From positions 76,032-140,031 of the forward strand of contig JAIRYE010000006.1 in NCBI GenBank assembly GCA_031267915.1: DNA of 64,000 bases, given 5' to 3'. This document shows positions 1-8,744 of this stretch, one piece after another; the first letter of the stretch is position 1, and each line of letters begins with the position of its first letter. The DNA comes from Puniceicoccales bacterium (GTDB lineage Bacteria; Verrucomicrobiota; Verrucomicrobiia; Opitutales; JAIRKQ01). Under the pieces are notes generated by a model. That model saw nothing but the letters and a program-made list of their open reading frames with translations, was not told the origin of the DNA and did not search any database. A program made the translations under genes and the position numbers.

Positions 1-120
1 CTCAGCCGACGTGGTTCCAATGCTGACAATTCCAGTTGGCGGGCACTAGAGTAGTCGGGGTGTTGCTAATAAGTGACGACGGGCGAACTTTGCTAAATTA
101 AATTTTTTCACAGCTCGAAT

Positions 121-1008
121 ATGCTAAAATTTTCATTGAATATTCCGTCCCGGGAAAGTGCAAATGGCATTGGAGAATTTTTAAATGAAAATGAATTGAT
201 CAGTTGGACAATTGAAAATGATGAATCAGGCAAATATTTGCTGTGCGGATACGCCAAAGATGAGCGGATTGGGAACGCTGAGTTTTCGAAAATAAAAAGC
301 AAATTTAGTGATTTGGAAGAGCCCGATGTTACGGCGATAAGCGCAACGAATTGGGCGGATGAGTATAAAAAATTTCTGAAACCGTGGCGGAGCGAAGATC
401 TCCATTGGATTCCGCTGTGCATGAAGGATGAGGTGAAGGTGGATGAGAATGCTGTGAGTGTGTACATTGATCCGGGAATGGCGTTTGGCTCGGGTTCTCA
501 CGAAACTACGCGGCTATGCGCGCGCATGATCCTCATGTTTAGAAATTTGCACGAAAAAACGAATGATTTGATGGTAAAAAATTGCATCGACGCTGGCTGC
601 GGGTCAGGAATACTTGGGATTTCCGCCATAAAACTGGGCCTGTCCCATGTGACGTTCGTGGATTTGGACAGTGATGCCCTGAGGATCTGCCAAGAAAATG
701 CCAGGCGAAATGATGTTTTCGATGATCAAATGGATTTTGCCCTCGGGGATTTGAAAATTTCTCTGGTCGGACGACAAACGGATTTGCTGGTAGCCAATAT
801 TCTGGCGAATGTTCTGGTCGAAAATGCAAATTTGCTGGTGAGTTCGGTGAGGCCCGGAGGATTGCTCTGTTTGAGCGGAATTTTGAAAAATGAAAGTGCG
901 GATGTTGCCTCCGTGTTTACTAATTTGATCAAAAGCAAGTGGGAATCTGTCTTTGAAAATTCGTTAGATGATGGGGAATGGACGGCCTTATCATATTTTC
1001 GCGGATAA
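121..1008 (+). CDS. prmA: ribosomal protein L11 methyltransferase
   Basis: 295-aa ORF. It has the PrmA hallmark GMAFGSGSHETT followed by the SAM-binding loop DAGCGSGILGISAIKLG, with the typical PrmA length and layout. Confidence 0.85.
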   Translation: MLKFSLNIPSRESANGIGEFLNENELISWTIENDESGKYLLCGYAKDERIGNAEFSKIKSKFSDLEEPDVTAISATNWADEYKKFLKPWRSEDLHWIPLCMKDEVKVDENAVSVYIDPGMAFGSGSHETTRLCARMILMFRNLHEKTNDLMVKNCIDAGCGSGILGISAIKLGLSHVTFVDLDSDALRICQENARRNDVFDDQMDFALGDLKISLVGRQTDLLVANILANVLVENANLLVSSVRPGGLLCLSGILKNESADVASVFTNLIKSKWESVFENSLDDGEWTALSYFRG

Positions 1009-1051
1009 ATTTCCTTGCATTTGAAAGTAAAATTAATCTATATAGGGTCCT

Positions 1052-1441
1052 ATGAAAAAATTCTTGTCAGCTGGAGGTTTTCCTCTGAATTTTGTGCTAT
1101 TCGTTTTTTTGATGCTCGCGCCTGGATGCACGCAAACCACGGGAACGCTCGGTGGAGCTGCCGCTGGAACTGGGTTAGGAGCTGGCGTCGGATATGCGCT
1201 TGGAGGGAAAGGGGGAGCCATTGTCGGTGGTGCCGTTGGAGGACTAGCCGGTGGAGCAGTTGGAAGCCATGCGGCAGCTCAGAGCGAAGCAAGGAATTAC
1301 AATCCTCCTCCACAGCAAAGCTCATCTTCCAAAGCCTACGAGGCTGAACTTGAGAGGCAAAGAAGGGATTTGGAGCGGCAGAGATTGGAAGTGGAAAAAG
1401 AGCGACTGGAGCTTGAAAGGCAGAGGCAGAGAAGCAATTAA
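1052..1441 (+). CDS. small exported or membrane glycine-zipper protein with a charged coiled-coil tail
   Basis: 129 aa. The N-terminal hydrophobic signal ends in LAPGC (lipobox-like but not canonical). A Gly-zipper stretch GAAAGTGLGAGVGYALGGKGGAIVGGAVGGLAGGAVG follows, then ELERQRRDLERQRLEVEKERLELERQRQR. It resembles the 17-kDa-antigen / glycine-zipper family. Confidence 0.55.
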   Translation: MKKFLSAGGFPLNFVLFVFLMLAPGCTQTTGTLGGAAAGTGLGAGVGYALGGKGGAIVGGAVGGLAGGAVGSHAAAQSEARNYNPPPQQSSSSKAYEAELERQRRDLERQRLEVEKERLELERQRQRSN

Positions 1442-1465
1442 ATTGCGGAGTGAACGGGCAGAAAT

Positions 1466-3025
1466 ATGGCCGATGAATCGAATGTGGTGGAAGATGGCGA
1501 GCAGCTTGATTTGAGCGAGTTGAAAAATTTTTCTTTTCACGCAGATTTTGATAGGGCGAGGCCAGAAAAAATTTTCAGCGATGTGCGGGAAAGGAAGAGC
1601 GGTTTTCGCGGTAGAAGCGGCGGGTTTTCCGGCAATAATTTCCGGAAAAATTCCGGAGGTGGAAATAGAGAAAATAGTGGGCGTTCGTTCGGCGACAACA
1701 GGCGCTCAGCTGGTAAATTTTCCCGCGGCAGGGAACAAAATTATTCGCAGCGGCGGAATGAAGACTTCCCCAAAGGTCGCCGCGATGCCAGTGCTCAGAG
1801 GAATTTTCGCCCGCGCTTTGAGCCGATGGTCGACGTTAAATTTTATCCCAATGACGAAGTGTTTGCTGCGGTTATTTCCGCTCTGAAGGCTACCTGCAAA
1901 ACCTATGAATTATTTGTAACTGCCAGGCTATTTCTGGAAAAACCAGAGCGGTTTGCTATGGTGGTGAGCAAAAAAGATTCGCAGACGAGCAAGAGTTTAT
2001 ACCTGACGAATGATGACGGCTTTGTTTTCGAAACGGAAAATGAGGCCATTGCTCATGTTCTGAATGCTCACATTGCAAAGTATTTTGACGTGGCGGAGCA
2101 AGAAATTACTCCCCCGGCAGGAAATTTCATTTGTCTGCACAGGTGCGGCATAACCGGCAAAGATCTGTGTCCTCCCAACTACCACAAGTATCAGGAAATT
2201 CTGCTGAACCACCAGGAAAAGTTTCTGCCGAATTTGCCGTTCCAAAAGTTTAGGGACAGAATTGAAAAAATTACGGATCAGCAGCAAATAGAAAACTGGA
2301 GGGCCGCCTCCGCAAAGGTGCAAATTTTCACAGCCAGAGAAAGCAGAGTGGAGTTGAAATCGGACGTCGAAGTGCAGAAATATTTCGTGGAAAATTTGAA
2401 ATCCCAGGCTGTGACTGAGTACAATTCCGTGCGCATTCCCGGTGAAGTATTTACTAAAATGCCACGAACGCTGCTCAGCAAGTCAATATTCGTAACCCTG
2501 GAGAGGGAAAAGGCTTTTCCTTTGGAATTTTCGAATAGTCTGCGCGGGCGATTGCGCCGTGCAGGGTTTACAATTTACAAAATCAATGGAAAATCCGGAG
2601 TCAGCTATATTTCAGGAATTAAGCGGAAATTTAGGACAGTCGGAGATGTATTTGCCGACGATATTCAGAAAATAATTTCATGCATAGATGCCAATCCGAA
2701 AATTTCCATTGCATCGCTGTGTTTGCAATGCGCGTGTCCTGCGGTCCCTAGTGATTCCGTGAAAAGTGAAGCAGATTCATCTGTGGAAGCGGCGGATGCT
2801 GTGAATTCTTCCGCCGAAGAGGAAATTGAAAATCAAAAATTTTTGAGAAATTTACACTGGTTAATTCGCGAGGGATATGTGGCAGAGTTTGAAAATGGCA
2901 CGCTGATCGCTACGGAAATTATGCCGGCCCAGAAGTGTCCGAAAAATGGCAGCAGCGATAGGTCAGTTGAGGAGGAATCCGCAGCTGAGCCCGTTGTCGA
3001 GAGCGCGAATCCCATCGATTGCTAG
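1466..3025 (+). CDS. hypothetical protein with an N-terminal Arg/Gly-rich disordered region
   Basis: Long 519-aa ORF with no competing ORF. Residues ~40-118 are RG/RGG-rich (GFRGRSGGFSGNNFRKNSGGGNRENSGRSFGDNRR...). The remainder is globular-looking and I recognise no family. Confidence 0.6.
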   Translation: MADESNVVEDGEQLDLSELKNFSFHADFDRARPEKIFSDVRERKSGFRGRSGGFSGNNFRKNSGGGNRENSGRSFGDNRRSAGKFSRGREQNYSQRRNEDFPKGRRDASAQRNFRPRFEPMVDVKFYPNDEVFAAVISALKATCKTYELFVTARLFLEKPERFAMVVSKKDSQTSKSLYLTNDDGFVFETENEAIAHVLNAHIAKYFDVAEQEITPPAGNFICLHRCGITGKDLCPPNYHKYQEILLNHQEKFLPNLPFQKFRDRIEKITDQQQIENWRAASAKVQIFTARESRVELKSDVEVQKYFVENLKSQAVTEYNSVRIPGEVFTKMPRTLLSKSIFVTLEREKAFPLEFSNSLRGRLRRAGFTIYKINGKSGVSYISGIKRKFRTVGDVFADDIQKIISCIDANPKISIASLCLQCACPAVPSDSVKSEADSSVEAADAVNSSAEEEIENQKFLRNLHWLIREGYVAEFENGTLIATEIMPAQKCPKNGSSDRSVEEESAAEPVVESANPIDC

Positions 3026-3939
3026 CGTCGTCCTTTTTTTTGCGGCTTTGCCTCTTGGGCTCTAAAGTCATTCAGCCATTTTTTAAATTCATCGGTGAGT
3101 GCAAGTAGTTCTTGGAATTTAATGGTTTTTATGATGTTTTTATAGTAAATATCCTCGTTGTTTTTATTTTTATTTGAATTACCACGTTGTCGTTGTAGCC
3201 GAGGTGGAACGTACCCAAGTTCATTTGCAGTATTCTTAAAATTTGATTGTGCAAGGATGAAGGTTTGAAGTTTACCATTTTTTTTCAATTCTTTGAGGCC
3301 TTCTTCAGAGGAGATTGCTCCTTTTGAAGGCCCTTTAGGAGAAGAATTTCCTCTAGTTCCTGGCAAAGGATTTACCGCCGGATTTGCCGGATTTGCTGGA
3401 TTTGCCGGAGCCGCCGGATTTGCCGGAGCCGCCGGATTTGCTGGAGCCGCTGGATTTGCCGGATTACTAGCTGTACTTCCACCGTTTCTACCGTTCCCTA
3501 TTATTTTTGGCGGAGTTGCTTTGGGAGGAGTGGTTGGAGCTAGTGGTGCCGCTGGGGGAGCATATGTGTAGAATAAAATTTCGACATTGCCATCTATTTC
3601 CGGATATTTACTTATCTTGAGCTTGTAAGCTTTCAGGTGGGGGATCGAATTTGAACCAAGCTCTTCTTTTTGCACGTCGAAAAATCTACCTGGCAAAGTC
3701 ATGGATTGGACTGATGTTCCCCTATTTGAGGTTGTAATTCCCATGGATCTGTGATCCACGTTGGATATGCAATTTCTGATATCAAGTATTAGAGAGTGGG
3801 CGATTTTGCCAGTTTCAGCTAACCTGATCATCCGAAAATAATTCATGAAAGCACTGACTATCGTTACAAGTGATCCGACAAAGATAATCATTGCAAATAA
3901 AAGTTCTAGTAGAGAAAATGCCTTGTTTTTCTTTTTCAT
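3022..3939 (-). CDS. pseudopilin-like protein (prepilin-type N-terminus) with a Pro/Ala/Asn tandem-repeat linker and a basic C-terminal extension
   Basis: The N-terminus MKKKNKAFSLLELLFAMIIFVGSLV is a prepilin cleavage/methylation-type helix. An internal (PANPAA)n repeat is present. The start overlaps the upstream pseudopilin stop (ATGA). Confidence 0.65.
   Translation of the reverse strand: MKKKNKAFSLLELLFAMIIFVGSLVTIVSAFMNYFRMIRLAETGKIAHSLILDIRNCISNVDHRSMGITTSNRGTSVQSMTLPGRFFDVQKEELGSNSIPHLKAYKLKISKYPEIDGNVEILFYTYAPPAAPLAPTTPPKATPPKIIGNGRNGGSTASNPANPAAPANPAAPANPAAPANPANPANPAVNPLPGTRGNSSPKGPSKGAISSEEGLKELKKNGKLQTFILAQSNFKNTANELGYVPPRLQRQRGNSNKNKNNEDIYYKNIIKTIKFQELLALTDEFKKWLNDFRAQEAKPQKKGRR
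3369..3465. repeat. 9/18-bp tandem repeat (ggatttgcc / ggatttgccggagccgcc units) encoding PANPAAPANPAA... on the minus strand
   Basis: Directly visible periodic DNA. It translates to NPANPAAPANPAAPANPAAPANPANPANPA in the 305-aa pseudopilin-like ORF. Confidence 0.8.
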
Positions 3940-4547
3940 TGCAATTTTATTTGTGAAAATTTGTCAACAATTATTGATCTTTTGACGCCATTACAGGTAA
4001 ACTTTACTTGAAATGGCATGAAAAAACCATTGTGAAAAAATATTGTCGCGACCTCTCTTTCGCGAAGACCACGGAGATTCGAAGATGAATCCCTAATGGT
4101 AAAAAATTTGACATCTTTTATTGCGGGGTCTATCGCTTCTCCTTCCGGAGATCTGACTTTTATGACGCTAGCTGTATAGGGATTTACCGCAGTATTCGGT
4201 TCATTATAATGTTCATCGCCTGTGAATCTCCCTTTCTGAATCGAAAAACTTTTGGCTGAAGCTCGTCCAAATATCCAAAATCTTCTTGTCCCGCCGTAAA
4301 TTGCTACTTCAGCGTGCCCCTCAATCAGTGATCTTTCCCTGGCCTTTGAAACAATTCTTAGGATAGCGGAATTAAATTCTCTCTCTTTCTTTTCATTCGA
4401 ATTTTTGTAGGGCAGGGTAAAACGTGCTGCGAATACTAGCATCAGCGTTAGTACCATAATTATTTCAACTAGCGTAAAACCACGGCCTCGCCTGAAAAGA
4501 GATCCCGACATATGGGCAATTGTACTGAAATAGTATGATTTGGTCAA
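3936..4547 (-). CDS. minor pseudopilin, GspH/FimT-like
   Basis: It has the prepilin motif RRGRG|FTLVEIIMVLTLMLVF. The true start is probably the internal Met at 4511, giving leader MSGSLFRRGRG. The helix is followed by a ...AILRIVSKARERSLIEGHAEVAI pattern typical of GspH/FimT. Confidence 0.6.
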   Translation of the reverse strand: MTKSYYFSTIAHMSGSLFRRGRGFTLVEIIMVLTLMLVFAARFTLPYKNSNEKKEREFNSAILRIVSKARERSLIEGHAEVAIYGGTRRFWIFGRASAKSFSIQKGRFTGDEHYNEPNTAVNPYTASVIKVRSPEGEAIDPAIKDVKFFTIRDSSSNLRGLREREVATIFFHNGFFMPFQVKFTCNGVKRSIIVDKFSQIKLQ

Positions 4548-4577
4548 GCATTAGTTTGAGTCATCCGAAGATTTTGC

Positions 4578-4612
4578 AAAAAAAAAAGCGCCGCGAATTC
4601 CGGGCGCTTTTT
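4578..4612 (-). terminator. rho-independent (bidirectional) terminator after the GspG-like gene
   Basis: The stem AGCGCC...GGCGCT is flanked by A10 on the plus strand (T10 on the minus strand) and by T5. Confidence 0.55.
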
Positions 4613-4658
4613 CGGGTATTATTTGAGATATTAAAAAAGTTTTACCGTGTTGATAGTT

Positions 4659-5084
4659 CTACTCGAAGTCTTCGATTGGAATAACTACCTTTGGGTCAGA
4701 AGCAGCAGTATGGCCCTCTACGGTAATTGTCACGCCTTTGTTTGCGCCGGTAGTAGAATAAGCAACGAGGTAGTTAGTTCCCCAGGGGCTTTTGATTGGA
4801 GAGCCAACGATTGTGGAGACATTTCCTTTCATTAAGCTAGTCAATATCTGTGCCGTAGATTTCGAAGTGTTTGCGGGAAGGTTTCGTTCTCTCGCAAACC
4901 TCATAATGAGAGAAGTTTTAACAGCGCCATTCATGTCCACTAGGGCTTGCTGCTCCTTTGCGGCATCCTTTGCGCCTCTGATGCCTCTTGTTAGCATCAC
5001 AACTATGCCAAGCATAATGGCAAGAACAATAAGTATTTCGATGATCGTCATACCGCGGTTTCGTTTATTTAAAAATAATTTCAT
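4659..5084 (-). CDS. major pseudopilin, GspG-like
   Basis: The leader MKLFLNKRNRG|MTIIEILIVLAIMLGIVV is a prepilin cleavage site plus hydrophobic helix. The C-terminal SPWGTNYLVAY resembles the GspG DPWGxxYxY motif. The ORF track starts at 5126; the Met at 5084 gives a classical short basic leader. Confidence 0.65.
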   Translation of the reverse strand: MKLFLNKRNRGMTIIEILIVLAIMLGIVVMLTRGIRGAKDAAKEQQALVDMNGAVKTSLIMRFARERNLPANTSKSTAQILTSLMKGNVSTIVGSPIKSPWGTNYLVAYSTTGANKGVTITVEGHTAASDPKVVIPIEDFE

Positions 5085-5118
5085 AGTAGGTGTGATTGTG
5101 TTTGCAAAGATACGGCAG

Positions 5119-6270
5119 TCAAGCATTTTTTAATATTTTTAGAAATTTTTCACAAATCTCCATTTCGGGAATATTCCTGAGGAGGCAGTGATTGCCTTGG
5201 TAGATGGACAGTGTGCCATTGGAGCTGCCGACGATGGCGAAATCAGCATTGCCAGCTTCTCTGAGTCCATTGACCACGCATCCCATGACGGCGATTTTAA
5301 GATTTTTGCCAGTATTCTCTTCGGAGATGGCGCGTTTAATTTCTGCCAGGACCGCTTGAATGTTGAAAGATGTCCGCCCGCAGGAGGGACACGCAATTAG
5401 TTCAACTGAGAAACGCCTAATTCCGCATGCCTGCAGAATATTTTTCGCCACTTCAATTTCCTTTGCGGGATCCTCTGCCAGTGAAACGCGAATCGTATCC
5501 CCTATGCCGTCAAACAGGAGCACACCGATCCCAGCTGCTGATTTTGTGCGGGCATAATCCCCGCTGCCGGACTCCGTTACACCCAGGTGAATGGGGTAAT
5601 TCCATCCGATTTTATCCATTTGCGAACAGGCAAAACGGTTAACGGTCACCATTTTTTGCACGTCACTTGCCTTGAACGACAGAACTATGGAATCGAACTG
5701 CACCTCATCGGCTGCTTCGAGGCATTCCTTCGCGCTTTCCCACATCGCAGCATCAGAATTTTCGAATTTGTAAACCATCCGGGGAGCCAGCGATCCGTAG
5801 TTTATGCCGACTCTAACCGGTTTATTTTCATTTTTTGCCAGTGTGAAAAATGATTTCAATTTTTCCTGAAGTTTTCGCTTTCCTGCGGTGAATTCTTCGT
5901 CTGAAAATCGCTGAGAGCCCAGAATTTTATCGGAAAAATTGCCAGCATTTATGCGCACCTTATCCGCCACTTTCAGGCAGTGCATGGCAATTATTGGAGA
6001 AAAGTGAACATCCGCCACGAGAGGAATTTTTATCTTCTGTGCGCGCAGAACATCCCCGATGGCCGCAAGGAATTTTACATCTTCGAGACTGGTCACCGCC
6101 AACCTTACGATTTCACATCCACACTCTGCTAGTTCAGAGATTTGTCTGACGTTCGCAGCCACATCCCTTGTCGGGATGTTTGTCATGGACTGGATACTTA
6201 TGCCGCTAGCGCCCCCAACTCCGACGCTGCCAATGGAAATTTCTCGAGTTTTTCTTCGCCTAATCATCAT
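5119..6270 (-). CDS. ispG: 4-hydroxy-3-methylbut-2-en-1-yl diphosphate synthase (MEP pathway)
   Basis: 383 aa. It has the IspG/GcpE pattern SIQSMTN ... VRINAGN ... and the C-terminal Fe-S Cys motif ACPSCGRT ... VMGCVVNG. Confidence 0.9.
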   Translation of the reverse strand: MMIRRRKTREISIGSVGVGGASGISIQSMTNIPTRDVAANVRQISELAECGCEIVRLAVTSLEDVKFLAAIGDVLRAQKIKIPLVADVHFSPIIAMHCLKVADKVRINAGNFSDKILGSQRFSDEEFTAGKRKLQEKLKSFFTLAKNENKPVRVGINYGSLAPRMVYKFENSDAAMWESAKECLEAADEVQFDSIVLSFKASDVQKMVTVNRFACSQMDKIGWNYPIHLGVTESGSGDYARTKSAAGIGVLLFDGIGDTIRVSLAEDPAKEIEVAKNILQACGIRRFSVELIACPSCGRTSFNIQAVLAEIKRAISEENTGKNLKIAVMGCVVNGLREAGNADFAIVGSSNGTLSIYQGNHCLLRNIPEMEICEKFLKILKNA

Positions 6271-8023
6271 AGTGGATTAGCAGGCGGGATTGCCTTTGCA
6301 GCTCAAAAGCTTGGCGACTTTCCGCCAGGATACGCCTGATGTCGAAAAATGTTACATAGGCTATTAGCCCCATTAGCAGAGCAAAGCACAGAATTTGTAT
6401 TTTTGAAAGAACTCTATCCAGGCACTTCCACCCGGTGATTTTTTCCAATACTGCGATTGCGATCAATCCACCATCCAGAACCGGGAATGGTAATAAATTT
6501 AGAATTGCCAAATTTATATTTACCAGAACCACCAGCCAGAGCAGCCATGGAAAACTAGTTTTGGCCGATGAATACAGCACCTTTATCATGCCAGCTGGCC
6601 CCATTAGATGTTCCGCTGAGATATTTGAACTTGCGCTGAACAAACTGCTGAGAGTTTTAAATGTCAGTGCAGTTACGTCAGCGATTTGAGATAGTGGATT
6701 GGGGTGATCGGTGACAATATTGTATTTGCCAATTACTCCCAGAAGAGAGTCGGACGCCGTTCCGTAGAATTGCGCATCGGAAATTGCTCCAAAGTTGACT
6801 GTCTTTTCCCCTGATTCCGTCAATATTTTCATGGAAAGCTCCGGAGATTCCAGTGTAATTTTTTCAAATCTGCGCAGGGATTTGGTTTCTTCATTATTTA
6901 CCGAGGTGATCAGATCCCCATTTTCAATTCCATTTGCTTTTAAAAAATTCTTACCGCTGCAGAAAATCTTTAGGCCCGCAAATTGCGTCCTGCGCTCATT
7001 GAATGCAGATGCATGGTCCTCGGGAACCACGTCGATTGGTGTGCCATCCGCAAGTACTATGCCGAGATATGGCTTCAAAATGGCCAGTTTAGTTACCGGA
7101 ACTTGAAAAATTTTCCGTTCGCCATCGCGTTCAACTTCCAGTGCAACAATGCCGCCGCACTTGGCAATGTCATGCAGCGCTTTCCAGTTAAAAATTGGTG
7201 TGCCATTTGCAGAAATTACGCTATCTCCCCTGCGAAGTCCGGAATCTCTGGCAGTCGTGCCACTGTGCAAATTTTCGATTACCAGATTTTGCTTTGGCCA
7301 AACTCCAATCATTCTTATTTTATCGTCGCTTATTTTAGCTTCATCTGAGTCGTGGGGGGATATTATAACGGGATTCACTTCCAGTTGCAATTTCCTTCCG
7401 TCCCTCTCAATTTCTAGGAGAGAAAGCGGATGCCCCCTTTCGTCTTTGCCATTTCCAAGCGCAATGAATTCCAAAATTTCGCTGAATTTTTTGACGCGGT
7501 GTCCATCAACGGCCAAAATCCTATCATTTGGCAGCATGCTAGCTCTGTATGCCGGAGACAAAACTTCCTCTCCGCCGGGCAACGCTAGTGTTGGTGGCAC
7601 ATAGCCAATGTTTGTTCCGAGAGTTTCCTCCGCTACTGGAATTCCGATGAAATAGACAGCTACGGCTAGAATCACAGCAAACAGCATGTTGAAAAGTGGT
7701 CCGGTAACCGCAGTGATTATTTTGTCAAGACAGGTGATTGTTTTTAAATTGCTGGGGACGTTGTACGAGCCTTCAACGGAGTTAAAATCGGCCAGCTGCG
7801 GGATGGAAACATACCCGCCCAGCGGAAACAGAGATACTGCGAACTCCGTTCCACCGATTTTAAATCCGAATAATTTCGGACCAAAGCCTATGGAAAATTT
7901 CGGAACAAATAATCCTCTTTTCTTTGCAGCCAGGTAATGTCCAAATTCGTGAACGAAAATCGAGCCTCCGAAAAACAATACCACATAGATGACGGGCAGC
8001 AAATCGAAAAAAAATCTTTTCAC
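6260..8023 (-). CDS. rseP: RIP site-2 zinc metalloprotease, RseP family (long form)
   Basis: It has the HEFGHYLAAK (HExxH) motif in the first TM segment, central PDZ-like repeats, and C-terminal NLLPFPVLDGG. At 587 aa it is longer than typical RseP proteins. Confidence 0.85.
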   Translation of the reverse strand: MKRFFFDLLPVIYVVLFFGGSIFVHEFGHYLAAKKRGLFVPKFSIGFGPKLFGFKIGGTEFAVSLFPLGGYVSIPQLADFNSVEGSYNVPSNLKTITCLDKIITAVTGPLFNMLFAVILAVAVYFIGIPVAEETLGTNIGYVPPTLALPGGEEVLSPAYRASMLPNDRILAVDGHRVKKFSEILEFIALGNGKDERGHPLSLLEIERDGRKLQLEVNPVIISPHDSDEAKISDDKIRMIGVWPKQNLVIENLHSGTTARDSGLRRGDSVISANGTPIFNWKALHDIAKCGGIVALEVERDGERKIFQVPVTKLAILKPYLGIVLADGTPIDVVPEDHASAFNERRTQFAGLKIFCSGKNFLKANGIENGDLITSVNNEETKSLRRFEKITLESPELSMKILTESGEKTVNFGAISDAQFYGTASDSLLGVIGKYNIVTDHPNPLSQIADVTALTFKTLSSLFSASSNISAEHLMGPAGMIKVLYSSAKTSFPWLLWLVVLVNINLAILNLLPFPVLDGGLIAIAVLEKITGWKCLDRVLSKIQILCFALLMGLIAYVTFFDIRRILAESRQAFELQRQSRLLIHYDD

Positions 8024-8041
8024 TGCCAGCTACCCTATTCC

Positions 8042-8479
8042 CTATCGCGGGACAGTCAAGCAAATCAATTGGTGTGGAAGTTTATCTTTTCCCGGGCGCG
8101 AAAAATTTTGGGGAAAATTTTTATCCAGGGTAATTTTTTTTGCCGCGTCCAGAATCTCTTCGCCAATTTTTTTGTTTGGTTTGTCTGAAATTCCGCGGAG
8201 TGCTATGAACAGATAGTCACAGTCTGCCCTAAAAATTTTCGGATTTAATCGAAAATTTTCACGAATTATGCGGCGAATTCTATTCCTTGCGACCGCATTG
8301 CCGATTTTTTTTGAAGTGATAATTCCGAACCTCGGAAACGAATTGCGAGGAGAGCCGCAGGAATGCCCAACGACCTTAAGGACAATCGTCCCGCAATTCA
8401 CACTCTGTGCCTGCCTTGAGCGAAATTTGGCGAAATCTGAAGATCGGCAGATGTGCTGACTTTTGAACAGCCTGTACAT
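8042..8479 (-). CDS. rnpA: ribonuclease P protein component
   Basis: The C-terminal 145 aa of the 208-aa ORF (start MYRLFKSQHICRSSDFAKF...) carry the RnpA-type basic motif KKIGNAVARNRIRRIIRE. The gene lies immediately downstream of rpmH, which is the conserved arrangement. Confidence 0.8.
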   Translation of the reverse strand: MYRLFKSQHICRSSDFAKFRSRQAQSVNCGTIVLKVVGHSCGSPRNSFPRFGIITSKKIGNAVARNRIRRIIRENFRLNPKIFRADCDYLFIALRGISDKPNKKIGEEILDAAKKITLDKNFPQNFSRPGKDKLPHQLICLTVPR

Positions 8480-8484
8480 TTCCG

Positions 8485-8631
8485 CTAAAACCTGATGCTG
8501 GTGCACAGACGTTTGCGATTGATGCGCCTTCGGGCTGATAGTACTTTGCGTCCACCGCGTGTCGCCATGCGAGCACGAAATCCGCACTTCCTGATCCTCT
8601 TCAAATTCGATGGATGATAGGTAGGATGCAT
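8485..8631 (-). CDS. rpmH: 50S ribosomal protein L34
   Basis: This ORF is not in the track (48 aa). My hand translation of the minus strand gives [48 protein letters not shown]. It contains the canonical L34 core HGFRxRMxTxxGRxVLxxRRxKGRKxL. Confidence 0.85.
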   Translation of the reverse strand: MHPTYHPSNLKRIRKCGFRARMATRGGRKVLSARRRINRKRLCTSIRF

Positions 8632-8744
8632 AAATTTTTCCTTTTCTGCCAAAAAAAAAAAAAATCAATGCGAGTCAAGGTCTTAGTGGAAAGAGTATAA
8701 AATTTTATTGCCAACGCTGCCCAAAAGCTTGTAAATTAACTTTC

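Noticed and set aside
1-107. GC-richer first ~100 nt considered as the 3' end of an RNA gene (RNase P, SRP or 6S) or of a truncated CDS
   Set aside because: I found no match to conserved RNase P or SRP motifs. Two plus-strand frames stay open only to about nt 49-54 and cannot be identified from 16-18 codons.
3293-3571. 92-aa plus-strand ORF with GFAGFAGFAGAAGFAG repeats
   Set aside because: It is the antisense reading of the PANPAA tandem repeat inside the pseudopilin-like gene. The minus strand has the prepilin N-terminus and operon context.
8480-8668. N-terminal 63-aa extension of the 208-aa rnpA ORF
   Set aside because: The same DNA encodes a textbook L34 (rpmH) in another frame. RnpA homology starts only at the internal Met (8479).
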